From contig JALMLS010000369.1 in the NCBI GenBank assembly GCA_038496445.1, positions 1 through 64,000 on the forward strand: DNA of 64,000 nt, read 5' to 3'. The DNA is from Trichosphaerium sp. ATCC 40318. Its lineage: Eukaryota > Protista > Tubulinea. A program made the position numbers and the translations under genes. Each line of letters opens with the position of its first letter. Position 1 is the stretch's first letter. Shown here piece after piece: positions 56,101 through 64,000 of this stretch. The notes below the pieces were generated by a model. It was not told the origin of the DNA, did no database searches, and saw only the letters and a list, made by a program, of their open reading frames with translations.

Positions 56101-57407
56101 GTACAACTTGAGCTGTATCTCGATACAATACAATACCAGTACGATATCCATACTCTCCAAGTTTGAGCGGTGCGATCACGTCAATGATGAATTGGAAGTA
56201 GGAGTCCCAATTAAAGTTCTCGCAACACTCTGAGAATGATGGTCTGTTGAAATGACCAAAACCACTACCGCTAGAAATGCATGATGTAGCTTACATACAA
56301 TTTAGTTTTAGACTGATATAATTGTTATTAACAACGCACCTCCTATCTCACAAGTTCTTGAGTTCAACGCATTTGCAGAAGCATCAACAACTACAACATA
56401 GCGTTAGTTGAAGTAGTAAAAGTAAGTAGCTCTTACCAAACATTAGATCTGTTGTATCAACACAAAGTGAATCACTGCAATTCGCAAGTAGTACATTAGG
56501 ATAAAAAAAATCGTTTAAAATAAAGCTAAAATCGAGTGCAATACCATCATGAAATTCCATCCTAAGTGAAATCGAGTGAGAATAAAGTTCAAAAATATTA
56601 CTAAAGTCAACGTACCTTACAAGAGAAGGTCCTTCGAAATACAAGTGTCTAGCATCTAGGAAAGTGCCAGAAGCGCCTTCATAAGGTTCTCTTGAGTACC
56701 GCGTCCTATATCCAGGTAAGTACATCCTTTGGTTAAGGGTCCTCAAGACCATATTCTTAATGAGGAGATGGCGAAAAAAAAAGAAGATTACGTGGTAAGG
56801 TTATTTTCAAATCGAGGCGGTTGGCCAGGAATTACAAAAGGAAACACGGCTCGATGAAGAATTGTTACATTTTGAGTTTCGACTTGTCCTGGAGACCAGA
56901 ACTGTGTAAATGGTGCGTTGTATCCCAAATCCAATGTTGTTGATTTTACACGCTTGACACAGCTACCATCGCATGTTTTAAATTGTGTCAAAGTATTCTA
57001 AAAGTGATATGAGATATTGAGATGTGAACGTTTTTGTTTGCTTTTTTTTTTGGATCAAAAGCCATTTTAGTTGAAGACTCCTTGCTTATTTTTTATAGCG
57101 TACAGTTAGGTAGTCATGCTGTTCAATGATATAGTCATTTGATATTTTAAAGTACATAATTAATCCAGTTACACCAATAAAGCTGTCTTCAGTATACTCG
57201 AAGCCGAATTCGCCATATTGTTTAGGCTTAAAACAAACAAAATTAGAAATAACGTTACAACCCACGTGTTTACGCTAAATAACGTACGAAGCTCTCATCG
57301 GAACTGTTGTACTTGACTGCTAGCGCTGTGAATAGATAAATGGATACAGCAGCATCTACAGTAACAATAAAAAGCAATACGATAGCTACGTATAGCTTTG
57401 TCTTCAT
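53179..57407 (-). CDS. Receptor tyrosine-kinase-like protein RTK3 (paralog of RTK1)
   Basis: Signal MKTKLYVAIVLLFIVTVDA; same domain order and intron positions as RTK1; intact kinase motifs. Confidence 0.92.
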
Positions 57408-57863
57408 TGCTGAAAGAAGACGTAATATGTTTCGTTAGCTTTTCTCCGGAGAATAAACTTGAACAGCTTTTGTATTATTTGTATTTGACTACTTCACGTA
57501 AAGTAGACTACAATAAACCAAAAAGAACCAAATGACTTGAATCACGTGGTGACTCGGGTTACAAATTCACTAAATAAATAACGATATTGCACTGTTCTTA
57601 GCCTCGATTTTGTACCTTCCTTGTAACGGCAGTTACTTGCTTCCTTGAGGCTTTCATTGAATACATCCGAGGTTAGCTCGAGTATTAAGGGGATAATCCG
57701 TGTACCGTATCGCTAGCTAGCGATTACTAGCACCAACACTAGTTTTCCTGGCGTTGTGACCTGTCACGGCACATGCTCACTTTTCGATGGCGCTTTTTCA
57801 ACCCACATTAAATTCACCTGGCGCAGAGTACTTTACCTTCCTTTGTTACTATAACTTTGTTTT

Positions 57864-60800
57864 TTATGATACATCAGGTTTCTCTAGTTCAAAATCAAAT
57901 ATTTCTTCGCAGTCTACGCCTGTTAGGTGTAACGCTGTGTCATCGCATTTAGAAGATTTTGTTTCAGTTACATGGCATACTTCTACAGTAGCTCCAGAAC
58001 TAATCAACTTATCAATCCAGATACGCTGCTTGTCGCTCAGACTTCAAACAAAAAATATTAGCATCAAACAATTAAAAAAAAGGTGCTACAGAACGTACGT
58101 ATCTCTTGGTCCCTTGACCTCTGAGAATTTTGCTTCTTTCCTTTCTATATTCCATAATACCAAATCAGGCATACCACTCGTTGAGTGGTGAAAATCTTTA
58201 CATAACTTATCACATACACCAGCAATAACACGACCACCTAACAACTTTTAAGGAAAAAAATTGCATTCACTGCTTCTTACCTAAACATCTTGCTATTGTT
58301 CTAAGCACAGGCAGTGATTGTCCTTCCCAATTAATACCGCGACATACGACACCTTAATTTATTGAGCATTTTTCAAAGGTTGAAGGGGTACCTTGATAGG
58401 ACTGCCAAGACTGCTCGATTTTATTAATCATCCAGCTATCATCATCTTTTCCACTATTCTCAATAACCTTTAGCCTTGGATCAATAAGATCTTTTCGTGA
58501 TATATAAAATGCCTATTAGATTATTAATACAATCGTTTTATTTGATAACCTTCATTACCTCAGTAGAAAAATCAAGAGGAGCCTAAAATATCAACAAAAA
58601 ACATGTTAGTTTTCCAAACCCAAATATTCAAAAAAAAAAAGTACGAACCTCTTGATACGGTGTTTGAAACACATAAGGTACATCAGCAGTAAATATAATA
58701 TCCCAAAATAGTAGTACATACAAAGCGCTAAAAGGTCCACCTTCACAATGAATACCAGCAAAATGCTTGCAAACAAGTGTTAATAAATACTAAAGTCTAA
58801 AGAATCAAGCACCTCAGCAAATTTATAGTACTGCAAACAAAGTTGCTCCACGTTTACCATACGACCATTATATCCAGTAAATAAGCTCTTTTGAGCTACT
58901 TTCTTATTTATAGGGACACCATATAGTAACTTCTTTGTGCCTGGTCTAATCTTACCAGCTAATGTCTTCGCACAATAGTAAGGAAAAACTAAGAACAGCT
59001 TCGTAGGTTAACGTACACAAAATTTATCTGGAAGTGCCTTCCATGTGAAGGGTGCCTTCCAAAGACGAGCCATACGCCGTTCAAGGCATAAACGCTCTCC
59101 ATCACAAAGAGTAGTATCCTCAAGGGCTTTGAACTGTTAGCCAAAGTGGGTAAACAAGGAATTTGCTAATACCTTTTTGGCACCAATTAAATGCTTTTTG
59201 CTTCATTTTGAGATGTTCTAAGTTAAGAATCAATCGATTCCACCAATGCCTACACAAACAATAAATTATTTAAGTATATTTAGTCCACTCACCCTCTTCG
59301 ATGCATGCAATAAGGAGACTCAAGCAATTTTTGTAAAAGTTTCAAAGCTGCCTTAAACATTTTTTTTAGATCTACTTCGAGACGTTCTAACGTACTTTGT
59401 ACTCTTTAGCTCTTTCTAGAAGTGATACAACTACAGTTAATATAGAAGCATAAACCCATCCATCAGTAAAACGAAGGAGAAACATGTTTTTCCCAACATC
59501 TAAATGCGATAGCGTTCCAGATGATTTTCGTGAAAGATATTTTTTAGCTGCTTTTGGCATCTCCTATTTCGAGTTATTACAACTTTTACCTTGTAGCGTA
59601 CCTTTTTAGCAACAACTGCTATATCGTTTACTAATTCTAAAGTCTCCCTAGGAGTTCTTTTCACCTGTTTGGTATCTTCTAAAACGATATTACAAACAAC
59701 CAACAAGAAAGCTCTTCGTACTGTTAAATTTTCTGTTTCGGTCATCTGGACCATAACCCAAGATCTCTGTTATATTCTCAGCATATGTTAACGCTGCTTC
59801 GTAAGCACTCAATTCATCTCTAGATTGAAATACTGACACTGGAGTGAACGTATCAACATTGGCAATTGTATAAGTCTTGGAGTATTTCCTACAACGAAAA
59901 TGAACAAAAAGAAGTATTATCACGCTTGTACTTTTCCTGTGTATCGCCATCGGCAATTTCATTATCTCCATCGTCTGTTCCATCTTGATTTTTACATCTT
60001 CCTTTCGTGATAAGTACTTAGGGTATGTAATAGCACCAAAGTTCGATAGTAAAATAACAGAAGCATCCTCTTGTCTGTTCAGGAAGAACAAACGATGTAC
60101 ACGCCTGAAGAAATCAGAGGGCACCTTCGCTATCTTGATACAATGGCCAGCTACCTATTTGAATGCGCACGTTAAAAAAGTAATATCACGTGCAGAAAAA
60201 ACGCGTACTTTAAAAATAGCCTTCTTCAGTGGACTACTTGTTGCAGCTTTTCCAAAAAGTGTTTGCTGAACAGGACCAGTACGTTTCTTTGGTACACCCT
60301 CGCTACTCTTATCTAATTCGCCTTCCGCGAAATCAACCATATCACACTTGTTTTTAGGTCTTTTAGAAGCTTTCATAGACCGCCAAGTAACACACTGTGG
60401 AAGAACCTAAAAATACAAAAGTAAGGCCTATGATTTCTTGCTTTAGATTACCTGCTTAATCTGTGGTACTGTTAGAGTAGCCAAAAGGCTCTTTGCACCC
60501 ACATAAGGATCTTGAGTGTCGGGAAGCTGATTTGAGTGTTCAAAAAAGTCTAGTTTAACAAGAAGTGCTATGGTAACTTTAGGAAGAAAGGCACAAATAA
60601 AGAGTTCGTACAAATTACATTTGGGATGTCTTCTATTTCTTGGTAGTTGAGCTTATCTATTGGAAACCATGGCCCTTTTCTGTAAAAGAGCCTTACAAAC
60701 AATCGCCTACAGTTCATGTCTAAACTAGAAAATGGTCAGCAACGTTGAACAAACGCAACTAAGTGCACCTCTCGAAAGACGCCATCAAGCCTTCTTCGGC

Positions 60801-61498
60801 ATCATTAAATAAATGCCTATCTTTCTTCCACACAATCTTTAGAACAGTATCAAAGTTTTTGAGGTAGTAGTTAACAACATAAGTACGAGCTTCCTCATTA
60901 ATCGCTGATTCCCCAACATCAGTCATATTCACATCTTCATCTGCGTTTGGGATATCACGTTTTTTCTTGAACTCTGATTTCTTTTTTGGCTTTTTTAGTA
61001 ACGGCGGAGGTTCTTCTTTTTGCTCTTCTGCTTCTTGTTTCTGTTCATCTTTTACTTCGCACACATTCATAGTATCCAATAACATGTCGGTTTGGCTTGT
61101 GTCCGTTGAAAAGTCTGGTTTTGGCAATGCAGCAGAATCCTCTTGTTCAGAGTCTGAGGAGTCTATAATGTAGATTGGGGCTTCTAATTACCGGTTATGC
61201 GACGAAAACGGTTTGATCACGTACGTGTATTATTTGGAGCAAGTTTACTAGGTGTGTTCGAGCGACTTATAGGCTTTTTTTGCTCGTTTGTGGCTGCTGG
61301 AGAAAAGTATTTTAAAAGCGATAGAGACTTCGCCTTTGCGCTCAACCTGCGCTTTTTCTTCGGTCTTGTATCTTTTTTCGCGTTTCCCTTTCGCTTTTTG
61401 CCCGATTGGCTTTGCTTAGACTTACGCTTTGATGATGACCCGCTTTCATTGTTGCCCTTCGAAACAAGCTGTTTTAGGCTATTTAAACCTCGCAGCAT
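57864..61498 (-). CDS. FAN1: Fanconi-associated nuclease 1 (VRR-NUC); multi-exon
   Basis: YYLKNFDTVL; RRLFVRLFYRKGPWF; FRRVHRLFF; RRGHWWNRL; VEQLCLQYY; GIHCEGG; VFQTPYQEAPLDF; SGMPDLVLW...FSEVKGPRD.LSDKQRIWI. The start codon is inferred. Confidence 0.93.
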
Positions 61499-61730
61499 CT
61501 TCGCAAATTCCAGGTACAATAAAAACCTTCTATGTAGCTGCGAACTACACCCAAACGGCCCGCTTTATATGACAGCCTGAACAAAATGATTGGAGACGAA
61601 AGTTGACATTAATTGAAAAGCGCCTTTACTTGGCGCCAAAATAATTTACAAGAGCTTTTAAATACATCACATACACGCGAAGAACAAGTCTATTGCAGTG
61701 CTTGCCACAGTCATGAATAATGAAACACCA

Positions 61731-62397
61731 TCAAAGCGGACCATGTTGTGAAAAAACGTTCTGCTGTGGTACAACAGGGTTTGCTTGAACGCTTGTAGGT
61801 ACTTGAATCACTGGCGTTGGTGTCGCTAATGATATCACTGGTGTATGTGCATTAGGTGTCATAACGATGTTCGCTTGTTGTGCTTGCTGAGCTGCAGCAG
61901 CTGCCTGAGCGGCGGCTTGAGTTCGTTTTGATTTTTGCCTTGCTGATGCTGCGCGTTTGACTGGTGGTTTCTTCTTCGCAGGCGTTGACGTTCGCTTTTT
62001 ACGTTGCCGTGTTGACGTCCGTGTTGTAGGTTCTGCTGCTTCTACAAATACGTTAGTTGGGTGTCCCTACGCGCTGCCAATTACCCTGAGCAGTCTCCGC
62101 ATCAATTAACTTGTCAAGTAAAAATCTACACTTTGTGAATACACGTTAGAGGTAATGACGTACTTATTCTCTTTTGTGAGGGACTTTATGCGCTTCTTGG
62201 CAGAGTGCAACTCCTCAGAGAGGGAATAGGATGTCTAGAGAAATAAACTTGTTATTATTATTTATTGCGTAGACACTGGCAATATGCTCCAGAATAAAAC
62301 GCACTTCTAACAGCTCATAGTATTTTCTTTTTAAAATCTTTGCTTCATCAGCTACTGCGTTATCGTTTGTACCAGCAACATCGTTGGTTGTACTCAT
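61731..62397 (-). CDS. INO80 complex subunit E / Iec3-like coiled-coil protein
   Basis: LKRKYYELLE...ELHSAKKRIKSLTKENNFLLDKL coiled coil, followed by a basic and Q/P/A-rich tail. Confidence 0.65.
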
Positions 62398-62468
62398 CGA
62401 GTTGGCGGCATTAAATGTTTAGTCTCATCATTTCTTAACCAAACACAAACTACTAGAACTGTATTAAC

Positions 62469-63097
62469 ATGGGTGGTGGACAGAGGTGCGTGGCAAAGAA
62501 TATACGGTAAAATGGCTCTATTAACACTATACAAGATACCCTTACCCAGCAAAAGTTTGGAGTCCTCTAGGAGGTAAATAGAATGAATTTACACGATAAT
62601 TTAAATTAAAACGATTCGTAGGTTGGTGGCTGGAAGAATACCCTAAAGGGTGGCAACGCTCTGTATTTCGCGTTGGCGTTGTTTCAGTGTTCTTTATTGG
62701 TGGTAAGTCCAAATAACTTTGTCATTGTAGCGTTTAATAGAGCAATTAGGAATAACCTACCTCAGTTTGCGTTTGGCGGTACGCAATAGCTAATTTTTAA
62801 CTTGGAAAAAAAAAAAAAGAAAACTCACACTCTGTTTAGCACCGTGCGCGCAATGAAAATCTTCACCACAGATACTGGCGTCCGTCAATTTCACAAGCCA
62901 TATCACCACACATCAGAGAAGACATTCCAAACTACGATCAATTGATGAAAGAGTACAAAGAACGCCCAAGAGCATCTTTCTGGTCTCGTTTCTTGCCAGG
63001 CGGTGGTACGTTAAATTTACAAGGACGGGCACAAAAGAGAAAACAAACACCTTTTCATTATCGTGAATTGCACTAACGTCGTACAGATGGTCATTAA
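62469..63097 (+). CDS. Mitochondrial complex I accessory subunit, NUUM / plant NDUFC1(KFYI)-like; ~6 exons
   Basis: Spliced MGGGQRYPYPAKVWSPLGGWW...PKGWQRS, a single TM, then HR...RYWRPSISQ. This resembles the fungal/plant MGGG..YP..VWS..GGWW motif. Confidence 0.78.
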
Positions 63098-63415
63098 TTC
63101 AACTGAGGCATTAGAATAACACAAGAAGTATAAAGTCTTTTGCAAGCAAGTTGTAATTTTGCTATTCATTTTTACGTGCTTTCACGCGCACAATCAATAA
63201 ACAAAAAGAAACCGTTGTATTTATTTGCTCATTAATTGGCAAGTCGGAAATCTAAGCAGCAGTTTCGCCAACTTTGGTCAAGTTTTGTAAAATTGCTCTT
63301 AATTGAAAGCGTATTGCTATATAACCATCGCTGGCGTATATTACGTTGAAGCTGCTATAGCACTTGGCAGTGGTACTACAAAGTGCTATAAACAGACTTT
63401 TTGTGTTCGCACACA

Positions 63416-64000
63416 ATGGAGAGCGAGGTAGCGTAATATATCTAATAGCAACGCCAAATTAATGACAATAAGCTTGGATTATTAAATCAACTCGAAAATG
63501 TAAAGCTACTGAAGCCCTCAGTAAAGGAGAACAGGAACAGGCGAATTCTAGATGAAAGTATGCGCTTGGATGCTTTCCTAAACTCCACAAATGCCGCTAG
63601 GGTTCCCAACTCTGTGGTATTGCACCCGCTCCTGAAAAACATCAAGGAAATGCTTCGCGAAAGTGGCATAACGCGAAACGAAGAAAGTGACACTGTAACG
63701 GTCATGCCAACAGCTCACAGCATTCAACAAGAAGGGTTTCACGTCGTTCATAACTTCATATGCTCGGTAGCGGCTGGCAATTTTGATTCAGAGATATTCT
63801 TTGGTTTTTGTGGCCACGTATGTGGTAAAGAACCTATTGCCGCGTTTTTTATAAGAAGCGGCGGTGCGACAACTGTAAATACGCTCTATGAGCAGGATAG
63901 GACGCATGCATATTTTCTACATTTGCTGGCCTCCCTATCAACAACACGTACGCTTATTGCGCTCCAAGCGCTTCTTGCAATTTATTGATGTGTCCTGTAG
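63416..64000 (+). CDS. Unknown alpha-helical protein, 5' part only (continues beyond the window)
   Basis: ATG GAG AGC GAG, then a GT-AG intron, then a long open exon (ORF 63560..63988 frame). The window ends in a probable intron (gtacgc...ctgtag). Confidence 0.55.

Noticed and set aside
13754-61498. DNA-repair cluster (ATM, FAN1, INO80E-like) driving receptor diversification
   Set aside because: The genes are dispersed among unrelated loci in a compact genome; nothing in the sequence links them functionally.

Overview
AT-rich, gene-dense eukaryotic nuclear DNA with many short (mostly ~40-70 nt) spliceosomal introns, so the ORF track shows only exon fragments; I assembled the gene models by eye. 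An amoebozoan-type protist is inferred from the tyrosine-kinase-like receptors with GPIRWMSPES, Dictyostelium-type Cys repeats and a NUUM-like complex I subunit. Left to right: (1) a ~5.4 kb inverted duplication at the window start with two damaged copies of a membrane-anchored right-handed beta-helix gene; (2) two intact, mosaic paralogs of that gene facing tail-to-tail around a STE20-family pseudokinase; (3) ATM, head-to-head with a mitochondrial PPR gene; (4) a GH78 alpha-L-rhamnosidase with two SUEL lectin modules; (5) a DOMON/copper type II monooxygenase; (6) a TPR-ankyrin-TPR-MYND gene and a Myb gene; (7) three tandem VWA/Cys-rich receptor tyrosine-kinase-like genes with patchwork identity; (8) FAN1, an INO80E-like gene, a NUUM/NDUFC1-like gene and a partial unknown gene. 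The most novel candidate is the monooxygenase. It appears to carry a split, circularly permuted SEA-like domain on either side of a transmembrane helix plus internal signal peptide, which would make it a self-tethering two-chain surface enzyme. No rRNA, tRNA, CRISPR array or recognisable transposon was seen.
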